The notes below the pieces were generated by a model. It had not been told where the DNA came from and did not search any database. It saw only the letters and a list, made by a program, of their open reading frames with translations. A stretch of DNA of 64,000 nt from Tubulanus polymorphus. Lineage: Eukaryota; Animalia; Nemertea. The stretch spans positions 7,800,275 through 7,864,274 of the forward strand of contig NC_134032.1 of NCBI RefSeq assembly GCF_964204645.1, given 5' to 3'. This document shows positions 36,744 to 50,344 of this stretch, piece by piece. Each line of letters opens with the position of its first letter. Within the stretch, counting starts at the first letter, position 1. Position numbers and translations under genes: made by a program.

Positions 36744-37069
36744 AGGCGTTTTTACAAGCACCCGATTTTTGCGATCGATTGCAGGAAAGCATTTAGGGGC
36801 GCTGATTTTTGCGATCGACTTGACGATCAGCGTTTTTGCGAGCACGATTTCCGATCGATTTTTGAGGCCGACCAACTCATTCCAAGAGCGATTTGATTTC
36901 CAAGACGGTAGCACCGGGTTGATAAAGATCCAATCTTTTCCTGAACGACGATTATGTCATCTGATTAACCTAAATCGTCGTCGTTTTTTATAAACGTTCG
37001 ACTCGATCACAAAATCGGCACAAATCGTTCACGATATTGATCGCAAAAATCGAATATTCGTAAAAACTT
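36744..37069. mobile_element. Harbinger-family MITE
   Basis: aggcgtttttac...cgatttttgcgatcg repeats at the left end and cgcaaaaatcg...cgtaaaaact at the right end. Same family as the 33082 end. Confidence 0.7.
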
Positions 37070-37594
37070 ATATATTTCCTAATTGTGCTAGTATAGGCTT
37101 TCGAAATTTCAAACACATCTATGATGCATTTTGTAAATAAAGCTTGATATTTTTCTTCAAATGTGTTTCCATTGTGCTCCAGTAAAGGGCAAGCAAAATG
37201 GCGAATTATAAATCTTGGAATAAATGAAACGATATTGCGTGTACCGCTGGTGTCACTCAAACTCTGTATCTGTTCTTTTCGTCCCGATATTAAATAAAAT
37301 TGAACTTCGAGGTTAGATTATTCTCCGAGATGCGGTTAAAAGGGAAATATGATAATATCTTCGTCAACAAATCGTCAGAAGTGGAATGCATCTTATACTG
37401 TTCCCAGGGGGAATATCATACTTCACTGTCTTCTCATTCTTATTAAGTAACTTGATTCTGCGGTTGATGAATATCTGAAGCAGGAGTTTTATGTTATCCA
37501 TAGCATCGTATCGAAATCGGTATAGCGTCGTATCGTATTCGAGTAAAAAGTAAGAGTTCTATATTTCATCAACATTTATTTTCGATCTTCGAGT

Positions 37595-40346
37595 ATGAGA
37601 GGATATAATAACCGCATGGCGCCCGTTGCCGGGCTAGTTATATCCATGTTCTATCTGATTCACGTGGATCAGACGTCGGGGAAAGGTAAGTTTTCCTTCG
37701 CGGTTATATTCAATGACCCGAATCAATCTTTTACGCTTAAATACAACATTGTTATTACTACGGACGGGAGACACTTTTCTGCACTCATTTTCTTCTTCAG
37801 ATGAACTATTCGATTTGCACGTGCGCGACATGTCGGCGAAAATCCTGAATAAAAATCTAAACTGCCGTACAAAATGTTTCGACGCGTCGGTGTGCGGGCG
37901 GTCGAATACAGTCTGCTCGTGTCACCATTCGTGTATTGCTATGGGTACGTGTTGTACGGATTATTTCGATATTTGTTTGCTGAATAATCAAAACTCCGAT
38001 GAAGATATAAACGTCACCGAAATACCGGTACAACTGGCCAAATTCGTCGAATGCATAGACTTCGCGGTGCCATATCTTTACAACGGCAGCTACTTGAAAT
38101 ACTTTTCAATTTCGAAATGCCCGTCGTCATTTTCTACGTCCTACGAATCAAGATTTCTTAAACACAAATGCGAAGATACCGTTTCGATAAACGGCAACTC
38201 GACTTTATCGGATCTCGCCGGCTACGCACCTGTCACTTATCGCGGTATCTTTTTTCGGAATTACTATTGTCTACGCTGCCACTTGAACGTCAGCTACGAT
38301 TCGATAACAGTCGTCAAATTAGACTTCACGGCGCCGCCCAAGTCATTCGGCGGAATTCCCGTCAGCAGACTCGACGAAGCGTTGCTCGTAAAGTTGTCCG
38401 AAGAGAACTACGAAATTCGATTCGATTTTTCTAATTTGTACGTTACGAGCTGCTATCGAAAATACAGTCGAAAGTGGAATCTTGGCTGCGACGGCGTCGC
38501 TACGTACGACGAATTGTGCTACGCGTACCACGAACCCGTGAACCTCCGCGCGAATAGGTCGATTTTATTTCGGAACGTCCACTGCGCTGTTTGCAATGGC
38601 TTCAACGTGAGCGACGTGAGGTGCAGTTATCACCCGCCAACGATCAACTACCGACGGCCGGTTTTATCAGTCATGTTCGACTTGTCTAGATCGATTATCA
38701 CAGAAGCACGTTTAGTCAACTCGAAGACGTCGGAGACCTTAAACAAGTTTCCTCAATGCCAAATAAAAGGAGAATTGTACAACGCCATGACCGGACAATG
38801 TATGAACCTATCAGAATATGTAGCCGAGTTTCCGAAAACAGAACCCAACCGACCTCTGTTTATAAAGTTACGCGTCTCCTATAGATGTCAGGAATTTCAA
38901 TCCCCATTGGCGAAGCTGGCGCGTATCGTTACTTTACCACCGGCTTCGATATTTACTATCGCCGTTAAAAACGGATCGATATATTCTTTTTCGACTTCGC
39001 GTTTTCGAGCAACGTCGCATCTAACCGAAAAAGAAGTTGTGCGATCGTTCTTAGATCTGTTCAACGCGTCCGACGCCAATTGCGAACTGGTCGATTCGTC
39101 GTTTCGTTTACAGGTGAGGAATGCCCCGGATTTTCCTCCGAAGAATTGTCCGAGACGAACGACCGTTTACGAGTTGATAAATCAACGAGGCATAGAATAC
39201 GTGAAAGCACTTGACGGCAATACGGTGTCGACGGGCGCCTGGAGGCCGATACGAGCATCCGCCGGTGTATACGTCAACTACGTCATCGTCGGAAATGTAT
39301 CGGAAAATGATGTCGTCATATGCGAACGGTTGAAATGCCGTGACGAGAAAGTATTTGGTATCGAACAACTCTTCATCGATTCGAATGGTTCGTCGTTTTC
39401 TGTCAAAGCTGAGGCGGGCATCGACCTGGTATTGACGAAAAGCCAGTTTCGAATTCACGGTAATTGGGTAATTGTATGTATCGACGATTTTTTCACGGAT
39501 ATCATCGAAACCGACGTCGAAGAGATTATTACCGTAATCACCAGTTCGTCATCAATGATAGGCCTGTTAGCGCTTCTGATAACATTTTCCCTATTTCAAT
39601 CGCTGCGCACGGTACCCGGACTCACGCTAATGCATATAGCAGGTTCGTTGTTTCTGGCCATTCTCATTTTCAATACGGCCGTTTTTCACCCGGCTATTCT
39701 AGCTCGCCCGTATCTCTGCACAGTCGTCGGCATGCTAGCGCACTATTTGTGGGTCGTCGTATTTTTGTGGACGAATGTCATCAGTTACGATAGTTTTCTC
39801 ACGTTCACCAGTTCGACGATAATTCCCAATTCTGCGCGACTGATCAGCTATCGTCACTATTGCGTCTACGCCTGGTGTCTCCCCCTCATTCTCATCGCTC
39901 CTTGCGGAGTTGTCTCCGTCTGGTACCCGGAAACGGGATTCAAATACTTCGATATACACACGTGTTGGATCTCCGATGTGACGCAACTGATCGCCACGTA
40001 TCTCGTCCCGATCGCGACGATTTGTTTGGTAAACCTGACATTCTTTTCTATCACACTCAATGCCATACGAAAAACGAAAACGAGCACGGGTATAGCGACT
40101 TCTATACGCGCTGATACGAGTTACATATTAGTGGCTAAACTATCTTTGATTATGGGCCTCAGTTGGTATCTGGGTTTCGTCGCAAGCTACGGCTCAATTT
40201 ACGTACTGAAGATTATCTATACCGTCGTCAACGGTTCACAGGGTTTGCTCATATTCTTTTGTTTCGTTCTACGACCGAGGGTGTATCACTTATATCGTCA
40301 ACGAATCCTACGTCTGAAAACTACCGAACAAAACCAGTCGAAATAG
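37595..40346 (+). CDS. Somatomedin-B-domain adhesion/secretin-class (7tm_2, methuselah-like) GPCR: join(37595..37685, 37801..40346)
   Basis: Signal-peptide exon with a G|GTAAGT donor and an in-frame phase-1 acceptor at 37800. SMB motif CSCHHSCIAMGTCCTDYFDIC, two FRNxxCxxC modules, and class-B TM motifs (LRTVPGL, HYLW, YAWCLP, CWI, KLSLIMGLSW, NGSQG). Confidence 0.92.
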
Positions 40347-41571
40347 AAGAAAATTTCGAAATGTTAAGAGCAAATAACCAAACATTGTTTATTACAGTCG
40401 CCAAGCAGATGGGAAATTCAATGAAATGCAAAATTAGATTTTTGTATGAAATGAAAGAATTTCCTTCGAACATTTTTCAAATGACTTGGTCAACTTCATG
40501 ACTCCGAAAATCTGTAATTCACATCGTTGCAAAGAGGAACTCCATCCACTTAAAGGCCCTGAATTACCATTTGAATAATGAAATCTCTTTTTTCAAAATT
40601 CAGTGGTAAAATGAAATATAAACTTGTTGAAATTTTCTCTACGGAATAAAGCATTTTTATAATTTAAAATCAAAATCCTTCAAGACAACCAATCTTCGAA
40701 TCTGACATTTGCTTGAATTGAGTATTTCTGGCCAATGTAAAAGTCGATTTTGTGTCCAATTACTTTGTGAAAAAAAAAACTGGCGCCAGTCTCCTATCTT
40801 TTATCATATCGATGTCGCTTTGATAACCGCAGCTTCTAAATTTAAACATATTTACAGGCCGTTGTGTATTTTTTGGGCATTTTTCACAAAAGAATTATGT
40901 TTACTTACGTTTCCGAACTGAGGCCATTTTACTTATAAGTTTCCAATCAAGTAACAGTAAAAAAGTAAGATTCCTGCAATCATGACTATACTTTTGATTG
41001 TGTTTTCTCACTTCTAAAGATAGACAGTCGCTTGTCTACGAACGCTATAGCAGTACATATACCATTTGTGACAGGATCGAAAGAAAAAGAAAATCTGCAA
41101 CACATAGGGCCTATATACTTTGAAATCTATTTACATTATTCAAAAAATCAATAACTACACTATTCAGACGTGAAAACTTTGAGAAAATATTGTTTTCCTG
41201 ATTGGCACAATTTGTATTTCAAAAAGAACATATAATGTCTTTCGTGATAAGATTTCTTGACATTTATTTTCTAATAAAAATAATCATTTAGTTTATTTAT
41301 AATCAAAATATCCCAAACATGTAGAATTTCGGTATCTGACCGCGGACGGACTGACTGATCAGATTAAGATGATTGCAGGTTAATCCAAGTTGAAAAGACA
41401 TTGAATTCAACTATCAGATCAGAGATCAAAAACGGGCAGGAAAATCGAATATACTCCAGATATGAAACGTCAGTTTTTGGTCTAACAATCTTAGCGTAGA
41501 CATTCTCCGTGGTTTGAAACTATGTCTTTGACTTATCGAAAATGAATTAATCTACGAAATATCCGGATCAA

Positions 41572-43018
41572 TTAATAGCAGACCATATCATCTCCTAGTC
41601 GGCGACGTCTGCGCTCGCTGTAGAATTGATATTCGAGGTTTTGTATTTTCGTACCAATTTCAGTGTTCAATCTCGAGCCGTAGTTTGCCGAGTTCGTGTT
41701 CGGCACCGATTCGGAAAATATCGACGTCTGCTCGACGGACGGCAGTTCCGGCTTTTCCCTGATTTCGCCCTGCAAATGGGAGAAAATACATCGACCGTAA
41801 AAAAAACTTTGATATTTCAAAAGTGTTTTTTCTACAGGTTTGCAAAAGGGTTGAATTCGTAAAACGATTTAATTCCTTCATTACACGATTCAGGATTTTA
41901 GTCCGCTTTTTTCTAACTGGGGCCTTGCGGCCACAGTGTCCATGCACCACGCATTAATGGAGAAGATGATTACTTTCCAAATTGTAAGAAGTTTCCAGGT
42001 TAAAATAATAATGCTTAGTCGAAATAATCCTTGAGTCCAATAATGGTGATGATAAAAATCAATTAATAAACGCTCACCCTTTGGTCGAACTCTGCGATGA
42101 AACCCCAATTAGTTTCCCTGAAAAGGAAAAATACGTATTTAACATTAATTTAGATATGTAGGCCTACCGGTACATGTAGTAGAATAGCCACCATTTGACA
42201 AGTAGATAACGTATACTTAAAGATTACTATGTACATATTCTACATAAGAAAATGAAATCTATTGTCGAAATTTCACAGATTTTAAGATGCGACTTTTCGG
42301 TTTTAAAAAAACTAGTTGAAAAGGTATCTATAGAAGAGTCGAAAAAGTCATGTCATTCAAATTTCTAATCTCAAGTAGATCTTGTTTTAACTTAAATCCG
42401 AGATATGTTTACTACTTGATAGGTAAGATATCTAGTGTTGATTAACTTCGAAAACCTACAGAAATTCATGAATTTTGTTTCAAATGCATAAGCATTCTGG
42501 CGGATGAATGTGAATTATTCTTCGTGGAATTCAATTTTTTTAGCAAAGAATACAAACATCAATCTCTGTGGTTTCCAACGACGAGTGACTGTCTGATATT
42601 AATGAAGTAATAACCCACGATATAATTTAAGAAACTAGGTTTAGAAATAGAAATTTCGGTCCAATTCTACGGGCCATTTTTAATTTTCGTGTTAGTAATG
42701 TTATCGATTTGGCATCTACACTCCCCTCGTCGAAACTTACCAATTTTTCAGGCCGAGCTTCTCCTTTTCGACGGCTTGCTTCCAGATGGTATCTTGCGAC
42801 ACTTGGTCGCAGGCGACGTAGTCCCCCTGCGAGTGGTTAGTGTCGGTGGCAGGCTGCACGTTCGGACGCTTCGGTATACAGGTCTCGTGGTAGGCGCTGC
42901 GAGGACGAGAAAGAGGAAAACGATAACCGGCTGAAGTTATACGATCTTTTAAGTCAACGGCGCTGCTCATGTAACCCAAACTAGTTTTTGGACGTCTAGT
43001 TCGTTTCGAGTTCGTCAT
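41572..43018 (-). CDS. CIMIP5: C2orf50/CIMIP5-like ciliary microtubule inner protein: join(42741..43018, 42078..42117, 41572..41769)
   Basis: The spliced product reads VSQDTIWKQAVEKEKLGLKNWETNWGFIAEFDQRGEIREKPELP..SIFSESVPNTNSANYGSRLNTEIG. This matches my recollection of the C2orf50 motif QD.LW.....E......W..NW.FL..YD..G...FS..VP.......GSRL.T. All splice phases are compatible. Confidence 0.82.
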
Positions 43019-43124
43019 GATTTGTTTTTATCTAGGTTTTATCTAGGCTATTACAGCTGAGCCCAATAACAGTCTGAGCAATCTACCGAACCAGCCGACC
43101 CGAATTAGTTCTCGATAATGGCGT

Positions 43125-43182
43125 GGTTGTTGCTAAGGCACCGGCCATAGTTACCAATATTGGTTACAGTAGCTAGGACATT
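43125..43182. promoter_or_regulatory. Cluster of RFX X-box-like motifs upstream of the ciliary gene
   Basis: GTTGCTAAGGCAC (43129), GCCATAGTTAC and GTAGCTAGGACA lie 110-160 bp upstream of the ATG. Confidence 0.55.
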
Positions 43183-46001
43183 CCTTATTAGTTAGACTAC
43201 GCCCTGGTCAGACCCGATCAACTCGGACGTTTGTTGAAATATGTTTTGTCACACTTAATATGAAATAAATGACATCCAACTAGGATATCACTCAAGCCAG
43301 ACACATTTTTACGGTCCCTCGACTTGAGCGGAGTCTGCTGTTTTTAGGCCATTGCGACGAGATATTGATATAGAAATTACCTTATTTGGGAAAATAGTAA
43401 ACTAACTACAAACTGATTGAAACCATCAGTCTACCGCCACGTTAATTCATAAATGATATTGATACGGTTATGGGGGATTTTAACGCATAGCTGTGGAACT
43501 GGGTCTAGATCCCACACAATGAGTTCAAATCTTACTTTTGTATTACAAAGTTAAAGTAATGAAAATCGAGTTTGTTACTACCGGTAATCAGGATTAACAC
43601 AGCTATGGAAAACTGCACCCGATTTAATAGTACTTGGAGTTCACGTTCTTTCTGTGGGGTTAAAAATGAGATTAACACTTGACTCGCGGAACTGGCTCCT
43701 GGATCCGGATACAATGTTATCGGTAAAGCTTGATTCTAGACTCGAAATCAGTTCATTTCCAAGATTATCATTATTATTATCATTATGAGTTTATTTCACT
43801 ATAAGTCTAAAAAGTACAAAAATTCAGTCATCACTATCGCATAGAGGAAACAGTTAAAGAAGGGACTTCCACATTTCAAGGTGTAGAAGTAGTAAAAGGA
43901 CAAACAGGGACCCCTAGGGGGATATACTTCTTTTAAACGCCCCGGCAGAGTGATAATTGGACTGGAAGTCAAGTTAATACATATTATACAAGATTACACC
44001 ACCTAGGAGTCAAATTCCAACCATCGTGGGACTGGATCGCGTGGTTAGAATTCTGTTGAATGACTTAGTACTTTTATGCAGGGATACATTCTAGCGAAAT
44101 AATGTAATAATCGAGAATACAAAATTTGACCTACGTTTGAATAACTAAGGGTTTGAGCCTAGTGCGATTTTCGAATCTCATTCATTCCTCAAGAGCAACG
44201 CACCGACACATGGAAACGCGAGGAAACATGTTTTTTATCTACTATTTCTGTCGTTCCCTGCCTCGTGTATATGTTGGACTTTGGTCAAGCCCAAAAAAGT
44301 CTTTGCAAATGAATATAGATCCGAAGAATCGGAAGAAATGTACTCATGAAATTTCCCTAAACATTACCTTTTCTTTTTCGGAGGCAAATATGAGAAAGCC
44401 ACTTCACTCGTTTCACGTATAACCCCAGCCATGATTTGTTTCTACTTGAAACTTAAAGCCAACGCGATATTAATCCCCGAGTATTAATAAAAGCTAGGTC
44501 GTCGTGATTTTACCGTCACCTCTTAAGATAAAAGCCAGCGATATTCCAGACGGCAAAATATTTCTTAGACGAACTACTGTAAAGCTAATACGTTTCTATG
44601 GCTACAAATATCGCGCTATGAAAATCCTTTATGGATAATCCTTTGATTAGTGCTCAATCTTCGGTGTATAATCCTGTCTTAATCTTCGAATTTTTAAATC
44701 GCTGAAACAAGTCAGCCCGCAATCAACGGCTGCACTGGTATACGGGAATGTTTTGATTTGTTTTGAATCCAACGGCTGACTGGTGGCGTTTGTTCTTTTT
44801 TCAATAACGCGCAAACGACACCGAACCAGTAATATTGAATAGAAAGAAATACGACGTGCATTTCACTTAATGTATATTTAACCACCGACTGAAAACCTGT
44901 CGCATGTGAATGTATACAAGGCTAAGAACGATATCACCCGGCGTGATTGTCTGGTGCATTTAATAATTTATAAACTCTCAATGCCGACGGCAATTCGGAT
45001 ACGAATCGGGGCCGTTTTATACAAAAACGACCAACATATGTTCGCCAGTTCTGATGAAACATATAATGTTCTTTGAAACGGACCCTATGGCTTAAGTGTA
45101 ATAATTGAAATACACGCCTTGGTGTAATCTAAACCTTCTAGTTCCGATTAAATAGCGTTGTAGATTTAGACTCGAATTTCATATGTTTATACACCTCGTA
45201 TAACCGACTCGCATATTTGTCTAAGCAAACGCTCGGAGCCGTCTGTAAAATTGCTACTTTTCTAGATAAAACGATTAAGAATTCGTTGATCTTGAATAGC
45301 GTCCGCGGTTCCCGGGGCTACAACTTCTCAACCGTTTGTTGAATCTGATATATGTGAGGCATTTAATAATATCGGTTTTTATAATTTTTCTTTTAGTTTT
45401 TGGCGTCTGATCATTATTTGAAGAATTAACGAAAAATGTGCATCCCGCATTCGTTCGTAAGAATATCGTAGAAGATGGATTGAATTAAGAAAATATACAT
45501 TATAACAGGAAAAAACCTGGCATTATTACCGTAATTGATACACAATATCATCAATGCATATCAATTAAGATGCTAATTGCATACGTATTTCAAAAAAGTT
45601 GTCTTAACATTTTCATGTGAAAATGCGTCTTCTTATCGATTTTCTTACTACGAAAATATTTGAAAATTCAATTCATAGTGAGCTAAAATTTAGATAACCG
45701 AAGATTTCATGGAATGGTGATCAGGTTTTTGTAAAGTTTAAGTAGTCCAATGCATTCCAGGTCTGGGGCAAGACTTCTTTTATTTTCTGTTTGTGGTTCG
45801 GTTTACAGCACTGAACATTTCGGATGGATGTGTCTTTAATGAGTAGGTTCGTGACATGTCCAATATACAGCACGACTCCCCGCGTCCATTTTCCCCAAAC
45901 CCCCGTTCGAATATTGAGGAATCATGTGATAAGTCTGACAAATTCAAGATCGATTTAAACGAGTTTGAGTAAGATCTCGAAGAAACTGGTGAACAACATT
46001 C

Positions 46002-46940
46002 GGCTCAAGTAGGGTATTGCATAGTACAGTTCCTTCGCGTATGCTTACTGCGTTGTTCGGTTAATGTGTATCCCACAGAAAGTTGTCATGTCGACACATT
46101 CACATCGCCAGCCATTAACATTCCATGTGTCAACGTGTCGACGTGTCTACCAACCAACAAATTAACTATTAACGATCTATTAACCTGATACACCAAACAC
46201 ACCACGTGACCAAACACATGCTAGACCCCATAATTAAAATACAAATTGCATTTCTATTTTTCTTTAGTCAATTCCAGTTCTCTGATATTAGTTTCAACAC
46301 GGTTAAGCATTCAAATTCACAGGAGATTCATTATCTATTTTCATCACTGTCATCGTGAGATGCGCCTCCAAAAAAACAAACGTGGGGACGGTGAAATGTG
46401 GCATTGTTCACATTGCTACAGAACGACGTCGATACGCGCCTGCTCTTTTTTCAAAATCAAAAATGAAACTTTCGCAGCTGATGCTTATAGTTTACTGTTT
46501 CGGTTTAGATTTACTTCTCTTGTTTGTTTGTGTTTTGTGGTCACCCGTCAACCAGTCAACCCACGATCCTTCTACATACATTGGCGACAACATTGCGAAA
46601 TGTCGTCCGTCGACCGTCAACCAGCAGATGATATAGTGTCTCATTTTTGTCACCACGATCCTTGTACATAAATTGGCGACAACATTGCATCGTGTCATCC
46701 GTCGACCGTCAACCAGCGGGTGAGATATGCACTCTTCAATGGGCCAACCAACAAACAACCAACAGTAGTCAACTGTCACTAGCCGTCGGTCAACCTGTAC
46801 ATGAACTGTTCCTTTGCTGCGCATTAATGCCCAATTATCAATGTATTCATGCGCCAATGTATTAATGCGCTGATACATTAACCGCACAACTTATCAACTC
46901 TACCCCAAGGCACTATACTATGCTATATCCGACTTGGGCC
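46002..46940 (+). mobile_element. Merlin (IS1595-like) DNA transposon deletion derivative
   Basis: Imperfect ~40-bp TIRs starting GGCYCAAGT, exact 8-bp TSD CAACATTC, a transposase N-terminal remnant CHREMRLQKNKRGDGEMWHCSHCYRTTSIRACSFF/SKMKLSQLMLIVY, and an internal 2 x ~97-bp repeat. Confidence 0.85.
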
Positions 46941-49900
46941 CAACATTCAAGGCAAACCGGTGCAAGAAAAGGCTTTGGGATAAACAAAAATTGTAAACTA
47001 AGCCGTTCATATTTTGTATCCTAAAAAAAAGTTTATCTAATTCTATCATTACCTTTGTTGGTGTTCGCACTGAGCCATCCTTCGTGAATTCTCGTACTAT
47101 TCGAATTCGATTTCTAAGTTAATCCAAACGCAGTAAAAATATCCTTTCTCGAGATATTCCTTACACGAATTCCCGAATCGAGAATAATCCTTCAGGTTTC
47201 AGATTTTCTGTTAAATTTTTACCGTCAATTCACAAATTTCAACATCAAAAGAAATCCTACATGGAGTTTCCAAGGATAGCTTATGAAAATCTAGGACACC
47301 GAAATATCAAATGCATCATTCCATCTTAGTCGTTAAGTAAACGAACCTATCTAACTAAAACTTAATCCACGACTAAATTGATACCTCAAAACTGCGTATA
47401 CACAAGACATAATCTAAGCGACGAAATGGAATTGAATTAATTCTTTTGAAATTCGTTTTTGAATTTTATGTATCAGTATAATAGTGATTCCCAGTCGCCA
47501 TGGGCCGCTGCCGGGGGAGACATACACACACACAGACACAGTCAACAAACGTAGGATTAGAAAAAAACTCCGTAGAAAATCAATGACTTTTTTAAAGATT
47601 TACGATATTTTAAAAAGAGAAGGCACGAAGGTGACAGATCACTAGGTCCAAACTGTCATTCGATTGGTAGACCCAAAATGAGCTAGCCCGGTTTTAATTC
47701 TTTTTTTCAATCCGCTTGATATGCTTATAAGCTTGGTCTCGACTTATTTTCTTTACCCTCGTCGAAGCTATCTTCAGAAAAATGTTTAGACTAGTGTTAT
47801 CTTTGTGGAAAAATTCCTTATTTATGAAATTCCCTGAGCTGGTCTTATCTCTTTTTTAAAGAAAAAAAACAAGCTTAGTCTGTCCTATCTTTTCCTAGCG
47901 TAATAATCGCATCTTAAAAGAATATCTTTTATCCTGGTCTTTTCTAATAAGAAAGATCTAATTTGAAAGATCCTTTAACTAGGTATTATCTATCTTAAGA
48001 GTCTTTACTTATGAAAAAGGTCCGTACTCCAATTCTATCACAAAGCCTATCGTTTTTAACTTTACTTTGCCACTGAACCCACACATTTTCGTTAATTGCG
48101 AAAACTTATTCTATACTCCGAGTTTATCACTTACCTATCACTATCCTTTAAAATTGTTCCATTATACATTCATATCATATTGGCTTCGATTTGATTTATT
48201 TTGCTGAAAAGCCTTAGTGGGCAACACATGAAATTCTGGGCCCAGTTGCATAGTCGTGACGTCCAAAAGTGGTCTTGAATATTAAGACTGTTATTGATTG
48301 CCTATAGAACACTTGGTCTTAGACTGGACTTAAATCTAAGCTATGACTGTGCAACCGTCCCTTGTTCTTTATGCATTATCTACGTTCAAGTGAATATTAC
48401 AAACATATATAACAGAATTTTATACGGTTTTCAGCCGCACTCTCATCCCGCCAGATATAATTATGAAATTGTAATCTTTGTGTATTTCTTATCATCTTTG
48501 ATGTAGAGAAACCGCACAAGTCGGATCGCGTGGTACCATGCAAATTAGTCCGAATTCAGCGGTGTCCGTATATGTTATATATACAGAGTTAAACGGTTAG
48601 GCCTATCTGATCGGATCCGACTTGAGTGGAGAATATTGCAACAAATGAGTGCCTATCAATCTTTCTCATACAAACCTCGGTTCTGAGGCCTTCATATAGT
48701 TCGGCACGAGTCTTGAATCCATTTTGTCGCCGGGATCGTCTGAAAAAAAAATAATAAAATCGTGCGAAATAACCAAAATAAAACAATGAAATTTGACGAA
48801 ACCATTTTAACAAAATGGTTGGTTTCCAGACATCGAATTCTATAGCAATATGATGTGTGAAATGATTATAGAATGGTTGATTTCTAGACATCGAATTCTA
48901 TAGCATTATGATGTGTGAAATGATTATAGAATCCAGTTGTTCTTTCGCGTTTTCGATTGATAATCCGAAATTGGTCCTTGCAAATAAAAACCAGTTCTAC
49001 AGTTCGGAGTTTTTGACTCATAGAAGTGAGATTGAAAAAGAGCTACTCTAATTCTCAAGATTTGAACAGAAATCAGCACCTTAACTCCGGCAAGGTCTAG
49101 TTCTATCCAAGACGTTTTCAGCACAGTGTTCGCACTGTTTTCTTGTTAGCGGATGAGAACACGCGCGGTTCAGACAAAGTTCACACAAGACGCGAACTGT
49201 GGTGGCCACAGATATATAAATACAAGTTAAATCTTTGATGTATGATTTGTGAAGCGCGGCCGCACAAGCAATTAGATATGAACCAGGACAAAGGCGGCAA
49301 TGTGTACGTAGCTGAAATTTGTGCTACTGGTACATAGAACAATGTAAACAGTATGGCCGCTATGGGGCCCATATTTTACCCTAGACAACGTGCTTAATAT
49401 AGCTCAATGACCCCCTACGTTTTATGCCTTCCTACGCTAGTATGTTTGGCGAGTGTAGTTTCTACACAATCGGCATTTTTCCGCACGCCAGGGGGCTCGT
49501 TGAGCGTGAGACCGGTAATTCAGGAAACCCATCGTAAAAACTGGTAGTATTGGTCATGTCTTAGAAGCATTTAGATCGAAGCGGACAAGGAAACTGTTGT
49601 GTAACAACTGTGACAAAAAATCTGAAAACCAGTTTGAACTGGATAGACGTGAACAATTATCATTTTGGTCGCATAACTAATTAAGCTAATTTACCGATTT
49701 TACATAGAAAATAAGTAGATATAGACCGTGACCGAGGTACTGTAGGGGTAGAGCCAAAAATTTTGGCTTGGAATAATCGACCGAATGCTTGGGTCAAAGG
49801 CAGGTCTTGGGTGTTCGATTCAAACGGCTGTACTCTGGTAGGTTTTTATGATTTACGTAAAGGCATTTTTAGATACATCTGCACTGGCTGTTATTGAGTA

Positions 49901-50055
49901 AAAATTGTTGGGATTTTGTTTGGAATTTCCAATCGTAACGAGAACTTGCACCATTGAAACAGCAGTCTGGGTGGGGGCGGGTGGGGTGATGATCGTGGAA
50001 CCTTTTGAAAATCTTCCAAAGAAAGGGGACATTATTCATTTTCATTTTTAAATCT

Positions 50056-50344
50056 CAGGGATGGTTCCTCAGTTGAGATTTAAGTCAAAAAATTGTCTCA
50101 AATTTTAAGACTGGTCTTAAGTTGTTAGATTGGTTATAGTACTAAGATGGTCTTAGATTGGTCTTAAGTCTAAGCCATGACTATGGAACTGGGCCCTGGG
50201 ACTGGTTGCGCAGTTGTGACATCAGTCCAAAAGTGGGTTTAAATTCTAAGACCGGTATCAAATTGTTGGATTGGCTCTGTATAATTAAGTTGGTCTTAGA
50301 CTTGTCTCAAGTCTAAGCCGTGACTAAGCAGCAACTGGTCCCTG
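50056..50344. mobile_element. Two adjacent copies of a ~140-bp MITE; third copy at ~48237-48362
   Basis: ggg...gtt ends around a ggtcttagac/aagtctaagc core, shared by the three copies. Confidence 0.65.

Noticed and set aside
33082-36744. GPCR at 34567 captured by a Harbinger element
   Set aside because: The flanking Harbinger ends face outward (a right end at 33082, a left end at 36744), so they belong to separate insertions.
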